From the UHGV virus genome UHGV-1558314: a stretch of DNA of 64,000 nucleotides; one strand, written 5' to 3'. The notes under the pieces are model-generated. The model saw only the letters and a program-made list of their open reading frames with translations, had not been told where the DNA came from and ran no database searches. The position numbers and the translations under genes were made by a program. This document shows positions 19,983 to 29,851 of the stretch, one piece after another (positions within the stretch are counted from its first letter, which is position 1; each line of letters starts with the position of its first letter). The stretch is from a virus.

Positions 19983-21578
19983 TTATGCTTTTGCAGTTAC
20001 AGATGATAAGACAATTCGCTGTAGGAAATTGCCCGTGGTGTCCATGATGTCCCAAGTAGTACTTGAGCCCTCATTGTTTGACAATGTAAATCTGATGTAA
20101 TTCGATGTTCTTGTCAATTCATCGCAAATGATATTGTTGCCTGAACGTGCAATGTAACTACCAAATTTCTGCAATGCAATTTGAGCATTGTCTGTGTCAA
20201 GCAATGCAATTGATATGTCTACAGAAGAGCCTTTTGGACAGTTAATTGTCTTGACAACGAACAATGATTGAGCATCATCATTTATCACAAGCTTGCTAAT
20301 AAGCGTAGGCACTGGTCTGTCAATCTGCAAGACTCTATCTACGCCCGCTTTTGCATTGCCAATGACTGTCTTTTGATTGATGACTTTATGCACAATGTCA
20401 TATGATTCAAATTTGACTTGAGGCTTACGATGCCAGCAAAGCATTGCAATGTCGTCTTCAGACAGAATCAATTGCATTGAACGACTTATGCGTACTTGTC
20501 CAAGAGTCGACACGTAATCAAGCACAGCAGTAACATATACAAGAGCCATTTTTGGCTTGTTATCTGGATTGTCATCATCTACAATGATGGGCGACCATTC
20601 AACTGCTTGTGTCGCATTGTCAACATTTGCAAACTGCATGTGTCGTATGCTTGAGTCTATGAGAGCGCCCTCTGCATTGTACGCTTGCAAGATGACGTCA
20701 TACGTGACATTCGCATCATCAATCAACTCAAGTCTTGAAATCCAATCTGACAGTTGCATTGTGCGATGCTTCATCTGCATTTCAATGCATGCAGGCGCAA
20801 ATTCGGATTCTTGTCGCAGTACTACATCTGCATACAAAGTCTCATCTTCATTGCCAGTCAATAGCAATGCTTGTTTGATTTCTCGAAGAGCAAACTGAGT
20901 AAATGTTCTGACTGCGCCAGATACAAGTGACTGCTCAAATGAGTAAACTTTGTCATCATACACAAGGCCAATCTCCACATTGATATTTGATTGCAGTGCT
21001 CGTCTTGTAGACGTGCCAAACACAAACTCACGAACTTTAGACATTTCATCACTGTTCATTGAACATAAGAAGTCAATATCGACAATCTTGAATTCAATTT
21101 CAGTAGTGAATTGCTCATTGTCAATGACGACAATCTTGTTTTTGACAGGTGTAAACAATGAACGTGCTTTGATGTCAAACAATGACATCAAACTGTACTT
21201 GACATCATCAATGTCAATTGACAGTCGAAGCCAAACGCCGACAACATTTGATGCATAACGAAATCCACTGACTGCATATAATCTGCATGTCAGATATTGC
21301 AGTTTGTCAAGTGATGTCGTCTTATATGCTGAATCTGCAAAATTTGCAACAATTGTGTCTGTGTATGAGTCTGGTGTCAGATATGTCGGCACCTGATATA
21401 TAGTGTTTTGTGCAACTGAACTATATTCACGAACATTGTGTGTTTCTGCACCATCGGCATTCAATAAATGCACAACACCACCACTTGCAATCTTATGCAA
21501 GGGCACGTCTGTCATGTCGTAGACACTTGAATCACCAATCTCAAGTGCAAAGTCTTCAGTCAGTCTCAGTCGTTGCAT
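19983..21578 (-). CDS. hypothetical protein
   Basis: 531-aa ORF; no recognisable motif. Confidence 0.5.
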   Translation of the reverse strand: MQRLRLTEDFALEIGDSSVYDMTDVPLHKIASGGVVHLLNADGAETHNVREYSSVAQNTIYQVPTYLTPDSYTDTIVANFADSAYKTTSLDKLQYLTCRLYAVSGFRYASNVVGVWLRLSIDIDDVKYSLMSLFDIKARSLFTPVKNKIVVIDNEQFTTEIEFKIVDIDFLCSMNSDEMSKVREFVFGTSTRRALQSNINVEIGLVYDDKVYSFEQSLVSGAVRTFTQFALREIKQALLLTGNEDETLYADVVLRQESEFAPACIEMQMKHRTMQLSDWISRLELIDDANVTYDVILQAYNAEGALIDSSIRHMQFANVDNATQAVEWSPIIVDDDNPDNKPKMALVYVTAVLDYVSTLGQVRISRSMQLILSEDDIAMLCWHRKPQVKFESYDIVHKVINQKTVIGNAKAGVDRVLQIDRPVPTLISKLVINDDAQSLFVVKTINCPKGSSVDISIALLDTDNAQIALQKFGSYIARSGNNIICDELTRTSNYIRFTLSNNEGSSTTWDIMDTTGNFLQRIVLSSVTAKA

Positions 21579-21645
21579 ATTGTCGAAATCTTGTTTGTGT
21601 TATATGTACACAAAACTGCACCAGCAAAATTGCTGGTGCAGCTGG

Positions 21646-21903
21646 TTAATTGTTGAGATACTGTTGAAGTTCTACTTCTGTTGCAAGTCTGCATTGCTTA
21701 ACATTGAACACTGTCACAGCATTGCAACACTTACATTTATGCCAAATTTCAGCTACAGCAGTTTGTTCGTTCTTTGGCAATGAATGTCTGTACTTGACAA
21801 TGTCTGTAGTGCCGCAGCATTTACATGTGCCAAGCACTACATACAATTTTGAGTTAGTCGCGCTCAATTGTGACATGTCTAACTTTTGCTTCTTCATAGC
21901 CAT
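21646..21903 (-). CDS. hypothetical zinc-ribbon protein
   Basis: CKCCG ... CKCCN Cys clusters. Confidence 0.35.
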   Translation of the reverse strand: MAMKKQKLDMSQLSATNSKLYVVLGTCKCCGTTDIVKYRHSLPKNEQTAVAEIWHKCKCCNAVTVFNVKQCRLATEVELQQYLNN

Positions 21904-23275
21904 GCTCTCTTAGCTTTTCAATGAGTGCTTCAACATCTGCTCGATAAGTGTCACGATTGTCAGAACGTTCAACTACTTTGTACTCTTTCTTAAGTTCTAC
22001 AATCTTTGCTTTAAGCTTTTTCTGCTCATCTTGAGTCAATCTGCTGACTGCAATTTCAAGAACTTTGTGATTGATTGAATGCTCATCAAGAATAGACTTG
22101 ACTTGTTTAGTAGTCATCTTATGCAGTACAATGACTTCGTCAAGCACAAGTTGAATGAACTTCATGATGTCTTCATACCACTGAATTGTAGTACGAATGT
22201 CTTCAAGTCGTTTTTGCTTGCGAATTTCATAGAATTGCAAACGCCACTCGACAAATCGCATAATGAGTGAACCGACTGTTTTGTATCGACGAATCTTGTC
22301 ATCGAAGTCAATAACAGTCAAGTTGTCACGTTCAATTCTGCAGAACATTGCAAGAGTCCAGTATAATGAATCTTTTGCAAGCAGTTCAGCAAGTTTTGCT
22401 TTCGTGAACTTTATTTCATACAGAATCTTATCTTTATGCGAGTAGTTTGTCCATGCTTCAATAATGTCGCGGTCAAGCAACATATTGAGATGATTTTCAT
22501 AGCCATCGAATGTGTTGTTGTATGGGATTGCAGTTACATTGACTGTAGTGTCATCAACAACTTCCATTCGACCATGATGCTCATATACACCGTTGACAAG
22601 TTGCCATTCTCCTTGCAAGCCTTTGACATATGGCGTAATTTTACGTTCAGAAATATCTTCGCCATCAAGAGCATCAATAACAGCATTGCAAACTTCAATT
22701 GGATTACGATTGATAATTGTGCTTGAATAGCCAACCGCGATGCCCATAATTGAGTTTAGCAAAATTGTGGGCACAATTGGCAGATAAAATTGCGGCTCAA
22801 CTTCAATGCCCTCTTGCCAACGATTTGTAAGCAGCTCATTGTCTTTCATGAGCAGCTCAAATGCATCTGATAATCGAACAAAGATGTATCGAGGCGCACC
22901 TGCATATGGGCTGTAGAACGTACCAAATTGGCCTTCACCAATGAAATATGGAATGTTCTGCTTAAAGTCCTGAGACATGATTGTTATATTGCCCTCAAGA
23001 CTTGTCTGGCCATGTTCATAGCCGCCCTCTGCTTTCACATAACCCGCAAATGCACCTACAGTTTGCTTAACGCCACCTTTAAGACGCTTAAGTGCAACAT
23101 ACATGATTTTTCGTGCAGTAGGCTTAAAGCCATCACGAACATCAGGTATTGCACGTTCAAATGCTGTGTGTAATGCGTACTCTTTATATCGAGTGTTCAA
23201 AAATTCCGCAATGGAAATTTGAATATCTTGTTCTGTCAATGGTTCTGTATAGACTTCTTGTTTTCGTCGTGCCAT
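21854..23275 (-). CDS. DNA topoisomerase II, DNA-cleavage subunit (GyrA / gp52-like)
   Basis: AIPDVRDGFKPTARKIMYVA matches the GyrA-type signature around the active site; start taken at MARRKQ (ATG at 23275). Confidence 0.85.
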   Translation of the reverse strand: MARRKQEVYTEPLTEQDIQISIAEFLNTRYKEYALHTAFERAIPDVRDGFKPTARKIMYVALKRLKGGVKQTVGAFAGYVKAEGGYEHGQTSLEGNITIMSQDFKQNIPYFIGEGQFGTFYSPYAGAPRYIFVRLSDAFELLMKDNELLTNRWQEGIEVEPQFYLPIVPTILLNSIMGIAVGYSSTIINRNPIEVCNAVIDALDGEDISERKITPYVKGLQGEWQLVNGVYEHHGRMEVVDDTTVNVTAIPYNNTFDGYENHLNMLLDRDIIEAWTNYSHKDKILYEIKFTKAKLAELLAKDSLYWTLAMFCRIERDNLTVIDFDDKIRRYKTVGSLIMRFVEWRLQFYEIRKQKRLEDIRTTIQWYEDIMKFIQLVLDEVIVLHKMTTKQVKSILDEHSINHKVLEIAVSRLTQDEQKKLKAKIVELKKEYKVVERSDNRDTYRADVEALIEKLREHGYEEAKVRHVTIERD

Positions 23276-23305
23276 TGTAGCTAATTTGATTTTATTTCCT
23301 ATATT

Positions 23306-23334
23306 ATTGTACAACATGCAAAACGAGTTTGCAC
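23306..23334 (-). promoter_or_regulatory. recurrent bipartite promoter-like motif
   Basis: attgtacaacatgcaaaacgagtttgcac upstream of the topo II gene. Confidence 0.5.
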
Positions 23335-23544
23335 TGTTTTGATACAACGATGTTATCAGATTTGCACCATTTGAATATCTTCAAATCTGCAAAGCTGTGC
23401 AGTAGACTGAATACGGAATACTAAGAACACACCGCAATCAGTGACACGTTTAACAAGTGCATCTTCATTTGTAGGCGTATACAGTACAACATCCCAAGGT
23501 TCGAGTTGTTTTGCTTCTTCTGCTGTCATATTTGTAGTAATGTT

Positions 23545-24513
23545 TTAGTCGAGCCAATGCAGCATATTCTCGTCATCAAAACGAGATTCAAGCTCAGCAG
23601 TTGTAATGAATGCAAGTTTGTTCAGCATATACTGCTGCAATTCACGTTTGCGAATTGATTCAAATCTGACAAATGTTTCAGGCACTTCAAGTTCACCATC
23701 AGCATCATATGTTGCAACAGAAGTGTCAACATTGATATTGTGAATCTTTTCACATGAAACTCTGTACTTTGTCAAGTCAAAGCCTGGCATGCCATCATTA
23801 CGAGGCAGCAAACTCCACATAGCAAAGTTTTCTACAGCTTCAGCAACAAATGCAAGAGCTTCATGCATGTCAACACTGTAGTCTTCTATAAGATTTGCGT
23901 ATAGTGTAGCTACAATGTTTTGATGTGTTGCAAGGTCAAGCTTATTGCTAATTGCATGCTCAAAAATGTCTTTGAAGTTCTCATACATAGTAAAGTTCTT
24001 CAAGACAAGTCGCTGTAATGCTGTGCGGTCTTCAAGAGCTGCATATGCAGCATCATCATGCATTGCAGAAGCTGCTGCTTGCTGAGCATTCAGTACAACT
24101 GATACATCATGAATGACAAATTTTGAGTCAATCAGCACTGACACTGCAATAAACGGCGCAACAGACTTTGAGTCTTTTTGAGCAAAATCAATTTCAATGT
24201 GAAACGAATTGCCTTGCCGTGACTGCACTGAATGATAAATTTCGTAGTCATTGACGTACAGCTTAAAGTGCTGTTTGATTGCATCATTGACTGCGGTAAT
24301 GCCTGCGTCATAAATGTTGCCGATCACTTCAAGTGCACGAGTGTTAAGTGTATGCGCAAGAAATGCTACATTTTGATAATTGACAAGTTTGTAAGACAAA
24401 TCAGTCGTGTTGTTAAGTTGTCTCATCAAATCATGCAGTGCATCATATGACAATTTGATGTCATCTAATGTGTTGCACTCATGTATTGCGTTAATTTGCT
24501 GTGTCAGAGTCAT
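23545..24513 (-). CDS. hypothetical protein
   Basis: 322-aa ORF. Confidence 0.5.
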   Translation of the reverse strand: MTLTQQINAIHECNTLDDIKLSYDALHDLMRQLNNTTDLSYKLVNYQNVAFLAHTLNTRALEVIGNIYDAGITAVNDAIKQHFKLYVNDYEIYHSVQSRQGNSFHIEIDFAQKDSKSVAPFIAVSVLIDSKFVIHDVSVVLNAQQAAASAMHDDAAYAALEDRTALQRLVLKNFTMYENFKDIFEHAISNKLDLATHQNIVATLYANLIEDYSVDMHEALAFVAEAVENFAMWSLLPRNDGMPGFDLTKYRVSCEKIHNINVDTSVATYDADGELEVPETFVRFESIRKRELQQYMLNKLAFITTAELESRFDDENMLHWLD

Positions 24514-24757
24514 TTTGTGTATGTTGTTGATTTGCTTGTTCTGCTAAGTTGTTTATGAATGCTTTGAGCAATGTAATGATTGTTGTTAGCAACTGAATTT
24601 GAAACAATACAATGCTAAACACGACAATTGCTACAACGCAAAATGAAATGAAGAGCATATTGATGTCAAATTTGTTTGCTATCAATGTTTGCAGCCAAGT
24701 TATGACTGCAAACATTGAAATCAGTATGAATACTTTGTGCTGTGATAACGATTTCAT
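24491..24757 (-). CDS. small hydrophobic membrane protein
   Basis: Two predicted TM segments (FILISMFAVITWL; FISFCVVAIVVFSIVLF). Confidence 0.35.
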   Translation of the reverse strand: MKSLSQHKVFILISMFAVITWLQTLIANKFDINMLFISFCVVAIVVFSIVLFQIQLLTTIITLLKAFINNLAEQANQQHTQNDSDTAN

Positions 24758-25473
24758 TTGAAATGTGCGGATGTCGGATTAGTGTCGGTCATTCTAATGT
24801 GCCAGTCATAAATGAACCATCTTGCGAGGTCATCATTTTTGATGTTATGAGTTTTGACATACTGTTCAGGACCTAATGCCTCGCCGGTTTCAGGATTGAC
24901 TGCGAAGTGGGATTCATCTACATTAGTAGACTTGTTTTTGATGTTTGAGATTCGGAGCTTTGTATGCAGTTCAGTGCCATCAGATTGCAGTGTTTTGACA
25001 TAGAATGCAGTTTTTGTCGTTGCTTCATTGTCAAGCCATACTCCAAACTTAACTCCGTGTGATTTCCAATATGCATTGTCAGCATCCCTGATTGCTTTGA
25101 AGTTCGGGTCATCAAGCCAAAGCTTGAAGACATATACAGCATGTTGTTCCTTTCGAGTGATTTCGCCTTTGCCTTCACAAACTGTATGATACAGCCGCAT
25201 TGCAGTTTCTTCATCGAAATAGTAAGTCAGATTGCCTGGCTTATCGAATGTGCCAAACTGCTGACCATCGATTACGAGAATGAATGTGTAATGTGAATCC
25301 TTGAAGAACTCTACTCGTACAGGTTGTTTGTGCTGTCTGCTGTTAAGCAGTCTGTCAATTGTAATTACTGCCCAGTTGGTGCCTGTCTTTGTTTTGTTGC
25401 CGTGAAACAGTTCAGGATATGAAACTGTGTAAGGCAATGCTTTGTACTTCCAATGTTCATTAAAGCTTTTCAT
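24754..25473 (-). CDS. hypothetical protein
   Basis: 239-aa ORF directly downstream of the 16-bp repeat array. Confidence 0.5.
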   Translation of the reverse strand: MKSFNEHWKYKALPYTVSYPELFHGNKTKTGTNWAVITIDRLLNSRQHKQPVRVEFFKDSHYTFILVIDGQQFGTFDKPGNLTYYFDEETAMRLYHTVCEGKGEITRKEQHAVYVFKLWLDDPNFKAIRDADNAYWKSHGVKFGVWLDNEATTKTAFYVKTLQSDGTELHTKLRISNIKNKSTNVDESHFAVNPETGEALGPEQYVKTHNIKNDDLARWFIYDWHIRMTDTNPTSAHFK

Positions 25474-25496
25474 ATGTAGAGATTTTTGTAGTTTGT

Positions 25497-25592
25497 ATCA
25501 ATTGCATTCTATATCAATTGCATTCTATATCAATTGCATTCTATATCAATTGCATTCTATATCAATTGCATTCTATATCAATTGTATCTTGT
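25497..25592. repeat. 16-bp tandem repeat array (5 perfect plus degenerate copies)
   Basis: atcaattgcattctat repeated head to tail; unit contains the palindrome caattg. Confidence 0.85.
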
Positions 25593-25820
25593 ATCAAATA
25601 CATTATATTGATATATGATAATTGTACTACAAAAATCCCAAATTTGCACACTTTGATAATCAAAAGTGCAAACAAAATTCAAAGTTATATTGTACATCAT
25701 AAAGTGCAAATTTGCACTTTATGATGCTAAAATGCCACAATTTATAACTCTGCAAAATGTCTGCATAAAATAAGCAGCTTAGATTGCTAAGCTGCTGTCA
25801 TTGTATGCATGCAGTCACTG

Positions 25821-26306
25821 TCATTTGTAGTGTTCAGTTATGTATGCAGAGCATAGCAAAACAACTGATACGCAAATGACAATGTATGTTGGCGTAATCA
25901 GTGTCACATTGAATAGCAATGCAGTCAATGCGCATACTGTTACTGATATGAGTGTTGAAATGAATGCAGCATATGCACTAAATTCGCCTTTTAACAAACG
26001 TTCGATGATATATGTTGTCGCAACAGACAGTAAGACTACGCATGCAAATAACAACAGCCAAGTTGAGTTTGACGTTGTCGGCTCTTCAATAAATTGCAAT
26101 GTTGCTGATGGCACTTCAATGTTGTTTGGCGCTTGTAATGTGCCACTCACTGCATCTGCATACATCACAGTTAAGTAGTGTCGTTGAATTTCTGCTGCGT
26201 CTACTTTATAGATTCTATGCCATGCAACATCTGATATGATGTATGTTGCAACCATAAATGCGGCAATGCATAGCATATAAGAGCCAAACTTTGCAATCGG
26301 TTTCAT
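25821..26306 (-). CDS. hypothetical polytopic membrane protein
   Basis: Several hydrophobic segments; start uncertain. Confidence 0.4.
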   Translation of the reverse strand: MKPIAKFGSYMLCIAAFMVATYIISDVAWHRIYKVDAAEIQRHYLTVMYADAVSGTLQAPNNIEVPSATLQFIEEPTTSNSTWLLLFACVVLLSVATTYIIERLLKGEFSAYAAFISTLISVTVCALTALLFNVTLITPTYIVICVSVVLLCSAYITEHYK

Positions 26307-26340
26307 GCAAATATATTTTTGTTTGTATATGTACATAAAA

Positions 26341-26370
26341 GAGCAAGTTCTCAATGTGGAGAACTTGCTC
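26341..26370 (-). terminator. hairpin terminator at the end of the tRNA cluster
   Basis: Perfect 12-bp stem gagcaagttctc / gagaacttgctc with 6-nt loop; T-run follows on the minus strand. Confidence 0.5.
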
Positions 26371-26759
26371 AGCTGACCTGTTGCCAGGTGAAAGCGTGGT
26401 GCAGCACCTTGTGCTGCAATGGCTATGCTGCCATCGCCATAACGGGCTGAGCATTGCCCAGCATCATTACACGACCAGCTGCGTTAAGCGTACGCTTTGC
26501 TTTGTTGAAAAATTTGCCAGTTATTGGCTATACACATCTGTTCGTACACGTTCATAAGCCGTCAAATACCTGTCACCCCCAATGCTTGGACAGTTGTCAG
26601 TCAGTTGTCCAGCTGACTGCAGTCTTTCTGAGTGTATCAAGTTCAGCGATTCTGCATCTAAAATGACAATGGTTCAAAATGTGGAGGTGCCGCCATCGAA
26701 GGCGGGTCCGTGCAAACTACGTTACGACTTCTTGCTTTCGCAACTTGTCGACATGCATT

Positions 26760-26830
26760 GCAATACGACAGGACTCGAACCTGCGACCTCGGATTGGACG
26801 TCCGCGCTCTTACCGCTGAGCTACGTATTC
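26760..26830 (-). tRNA. tRNA-like, possibly Gly(TCC); non-canonical anticodon arm
   Basis: Canonical D-arm TAGCTCAGCGGTAAGAGC and T-arm GCAGG-TTCGAGT-CCTGT, but the anticodon stem pairs poorly (loop CGTCCAA) and there is a G-G at 1:72. May be a degenerate tRNA. Confidence 0.4.
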
Positions 26831-26920
26831 TTATCAATTGACTGCACTGCAATGCAATCAATCGCGCCAATGACACCTGACGCATAATTGCAGTTATGCG
26901 TAACAATTCAAATGTCATTG

Positions 26921-26993
26921 AGCCAACTGCAGGAATCGAACCTGTAACCTGCTGATTACAAATCAGCTGCTCTGCCAATTGAGCTAAGTTGGC
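26921..26993 (-). tRNA. tRNA-Thr (anticodon TGT)
   Basis: Folded by hand: acceptor GCCAACT/AGTTGGC, D-arm GCTC-AATTGGCA-GAGC, anticodon stem GCTGA/TCAGC with loop TTTGTAA, T-loop TTCGATT. Confidence 0.8.
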
Positions 26994-27075
26994 ATAAAGT
27001 CGTTGGGCCATTGCAACCCAAACCTATCATCTTTGCATAGCCAAAGATGCAAGCGCTCTCTTACACCACGACTTG

Positions 27076-27147
27076 TAGCCGAACTTGGAGTCGAACCAAG
27101 CTTTCGAGAATGAAAATCTCGCGTCCTAACCGATAGACGAAACGGCC
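27076..27147 (-). tRNA. tRNA-Glu (anticodon TTC)
   Basis: D-arm TTCGTCTATCGGTTAGGAC resembles bacterial tRNA-Glu; anticodon stem CGAGA/TCTCG with loop TTTTCAT; T-arm CTTGG-TTCGACT-CCAAG; two T-T mismatches at the base of the acceptor stem. Confidence 0.6.
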
Positions 27148-27330
27148 AAGAGCAGTTCAAGTCTGCAGCATTGAACTGCGGAAGCAATGCCTGTACGGGC
27201 AACCAATTGTGCAGATACAGCGACATTGCAAAATCACACCGAACCAAGTTTGTGGCTCTTCTGTCTCATAAAAACAGTAATCATTACACTTGGCACCAAT
27301 GATTCTGATGTAAAAATCGGTGTGTTATGC

Positions 27331-27413
27331 GGAAAGCGGAGGTGTCGATCCCCATACGCGAACGTACTCACGGTTTTCAAGACCGGATTTGCAGCCGTGC
27401 AAATTCACTTTCC
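27331..27413 (-). tRNA. tRNA-Ser-like (anticodon TGA), long variable arm, atypical D-arm and T-loop
   Basis: Acceptor GGAAAGT/GCTTTCC; anticodon arm CCGGTCTTGAAAACCG identical to E. coli tRNA-Ser(UGA); variable-arm hairpin GTACG-TTCG-CGTAT; T-loop ATCGACA. Confidence 0.45.
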
Positions 27414-27608
27414 ATAAAACATTGCATAAGCATTCTTATCTCTTGATGAGACCAAGTAGCTAATTTGGCAAGTTTGTTATATCTATCGTGACTGTTGCAG
27501 TTTATTTGTCACTCAATACACAAAATTTTCGAACATTCATTGACAGCACTGCAATATCGCTTTTTTAAGCTCAGCCATCAATGTATTTATGCAATGTATA
27601 ACAATTCG

Positions 27609-27690
27609 TAGCCAAACCGGGACTTGAACCCAGACTCCTAATGGAACAACATTTTGAGTGTTGCGTGTCTACCAATTCCACCATTTGGCC
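27609..27690 (-). tRNA. tRNA-Leu (anticodon CAA)
   Basis: Acceptor GGCCAAA/TTTGGCT, D-arm GTG-GAATTGGTAGA-CAC typical of tRNA-Leu, anticodon stem CAACA/TGTTG with loop CTCAAAA, long variable arm, T-loop TTCAAGT. Confidence 0.8.
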
Positions 27691-27794
27691 ATTTGCAAAT
27701 GCAAGCTGTTTCATAACTGTTTGCATTTGCTGTCGTAAATTTGTATTGTTTAGCCTCTAAAACATGATTCAACTAATCAAAAACCAGAGAATTG

Positions 27795-27867
27795 TCGAGA
27801 ATGTGCGATTTGAACGCCAATTATACGTCCCAAACGTATCGTGTTACCGGATTACACTACATTCTCG
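27795..27867 (-). tRNA. tRNA-Pro (anticodon TGG)
   Basis: Perfect anticodon stem ATACG/CGTAT with loop TTTGGGA; D-loop AATCCGGTAA; T-loop TTCAAAT; ends uncertain by 1 nt. Confidence 0.65.
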
Positions 27868-27874
27868 TTAATTG

Positions 27875-27946
27875 TTGAACCGTCTGGACTCGAACCAGAA
27901 ATGGCTGAACCAAAATCAGCTGTGTTACCGATTACACCACGATTCA
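27875..27946 (-). tRNA. tRNA-Gln (anticodon TTG)
   Basis: Acceptor TGAATCG/CGGTTCA (one G-T), D-arm GTGT-AATCGGTA-ACAC, anticodon stem GCTGA/TCAGC with loop TTTTGGT, T-arm TCTGG-TTCGAGT-CCAGA. Confidence 0.75.
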
Positions 27947-28077
27947 ATCGATGCAAATCTTTGTAAGGCGTTTGCAATCCTGTAATTTGTTTATGTATTT
28001 TTGTTTGTTTAGTAATTATATGAATATATTACTACAAACATTTATGATTTGCACCATATACTGCAACTTTGTATCAC

Positions 28078-28440
28078 TTAGTTGTACAATGTGACTTTGT
28101 CTTTGATTTTGTGCATATGCAACGTACTTGCAATGTCTACAGGCAGTTTATATGACCCATCAGATATTGCAAATGCAGCAAGTTGCATAACTAAATCAGC
28201 ATTGTCTGTAAGAACTTCTGCAAATTTACTGGCATCACAGCATGCACAATATTTGCGTATTGTTGCAGTGTGTTTCTGTATGATGATTCGTACATACACA
28301 GTTTGAGCAATGATTGCACGTCGTAAATCGACTTTGACAATACACATAGTGTCATCGTGGTCATTTATGACATGTCGCCATACGCCGTCATTGCAAATGC
28401 CATGCTGCGCTATAAGTGATTTTGTGATATCAGACATCAT
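28078..28440 (-). CDS. hypothetical protein
   Basis: 120-aa ORF. Confidence 0.4.
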   Translation of the reverse strand: MMSDITKSLIAQHGICNDGVWRHVINDHDDTMCIVKVDLRRAIIAQTVYVRIIIQKHTATIRKYCACCDASKFAEVLTDNADLVMQLAAFAISDGSYKLPVDIASTLHMHKIKDKVTLYN

Positions 28441-28485
28441 CTCTGCTCAAATATAATTTTTTGATAATAAAATTCCATACAAACA

Positions 28486-28986
28486 TCATTCGATGTTACC
28501 AGATAGTATCTGAATGGCATCCAATGCATTTTCGCGTATTAAGCCAAACTTACCTATAACTTGAACAAAATGTTTGTCATTTTCAAATGCTGAGTCATCA
28601 AGAATGACATATTGTTTGATGTCATATTTCTCAACAAGTGCAGGCACTGCATCAAATCTGTCATAAAAGCCCTCAGCGTAAATTGATGGCAACAAATAGC
28701 CTGGCATATTACGCTTAAGCCACATTGTCTTGCAGTCATCAAGAATAGCCCAACTACTTATCAAGCATATTGCACCAACATCTGACATCTGACAAATGTA
28801 TCTCAACCAGCCAACACATCGTTCATCAAACAATTGGCCAAACTCATCTCTTGACTGCACATCCATGTTTGCACGATGCTTTGACATGTGCAACATATTG
28901 AGATTATCTTGGCTATTCAGAACACCATCAATGTCCAAGAATATCACTTTGTCAGGCCAAATCACTTTGCTTGTTGTGTTGTTCAT
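28486..28986 (-). CDS. HAD-superfamily phosphatase (possible 5'(3')-deoxyribonucleotidase-like)
   Basis: HAD motif I FLDIDGVL, Ser/Thr motif ISSW, acidic motif ILDD. Confidence 0.5.
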   Translation of the reverse strand: MNNTTSKVIWPDKVIFLDIDGVLNSQDNLNMLHMSKHRANMDVQSRDEFGQLFDERCVGWLRYICQMSDVGAICLISSWAILDDCKTMWLKRNMPGYLLPSIYAEGFYDRFDAVPALVEKYDIKQYVILDDSAFENDKHFVQVIGKFGLIRENALDAIQILSGNIE

Positions 28987-29851
28987 TACGATGTTTTGTT
29001 ATGTCTTCTACTGTTAGCTTGAGTTCAGGCCAAGTGTCAAAAATCTTTTGCAGCTGCTCATCTGACTTGTTAAGAAGCTTCTTATATGTAGTGCTCAATG
29101 ACTGATAATTAGCATCAATAGCTTTGCTGATGTGCACAAGTGGTATTTGCAAATGCACAACGCAATGCAGTATGAATGCTTGTTTACGAAGTCTTTGAAT
29201 GCCGCCATCTAAGCGCCATTGTTGCAATATGCCAGCATTCAATGCATCTTCATACAATGACTGTACAACTTGTATGTTATGCTCTGCTGTAGCACGTCTG
29301 TTATCGCGCTTTGCTATTGCAAGCGACTTACGTGAATCTGGCGCGTTGTCTTGTGTGCTTAGTAGTCTGTACTGTGACATTATTGATATGACTATGAGTT
29401 TCTCAACATCAATGAATTCAGTACGATGTTCTTTTGCTGCAGTTTTTCGTCTGCCAAGTATATGTTTGTCATACACTTGTTCTTGCAGTCGTTCAGACAA
29501 CTCTGCTTGCAAATCTGCAACTTGTTTGCGTAATGTAACATTCTGCGCAGATTGCTGTGCTGCAATATCTGCAACAGACATAATATCAAAGACGGTGTTG
29601 AGCTGCAGCCATACGTTATATGCGCATTCTACAATATGACGTTTGGCTGCATCAATTGTTGCAAATTGCTCACGGGTCTTAAATGCATCAAGCATTGTGC
29701 TTATGACATACACATGCTCACGTTGAATTATTGTGATATTGATGCCGCCAATTGTTGCAGTCCATTGCATTGGCGCAGATAACTGCACATTGACAGATGC
29801 ATCAATAGACTTGCGTAATGAATCAAACATGGTTGCTTGGGGGGTCATCAT
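28952..29851 (-). CDS. hypothetical protein
   Basis: 299-aa ORF. Confidence 0.45.
   Translation of the reverse strand: MMTPQATMFDSLRKSIDASVNVQLSAPMQWTATIGGINITIIQREHVYVISTMLDAFKTREQFATIDAAKRHIVECAYNVWLQLNTVFDIMSVADIAAQQSAQNVTLRKQVADLQAELSERLQEQVYDKHILGRRKTAAKEHRTEFIDVEKLIVISIMSQYRLLSTQDNAPDSRKSLAIAKRDNRRATAEHNIQVVQSLYEDALNAGILQQWRLDGGIQRLRKQAFILHCVVHLQIPLVHISKAIDANYQSLSTTYKKLLNKSDEQLQKIFDTWPELKLTVEDITKHRNEQHNKQSDLA

Noticed and set aside
25497-25592. Possible CRISPR array
   Set aside because: Repeats are 16 bp and directly abutting with no spacers, and no cas genes are present. It is a tandem repeat, not CRISPR.
27331-27413. Plus-strand tRNA with opal-reading TCA anticodon (suppressor or tRNA-Sec)
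   Set aside because: The same hairpin reads as a Ser(TGA) anticodon arm identical to E. coli tRNA-Ser on the minus strand, where a variable-arm hairpin and a 3' T-arm are also present. The plus-strand reading lacks a T-loop and the length is too short for tRNA-Sec.
26582-27417. Plus- and minus-strand ORFs of 70 to 117 aa inside the tRNA region
   Set aside because: They overlap tRNA genes and hairpins and have low-complexity translations. Judged to be spurious open frames.
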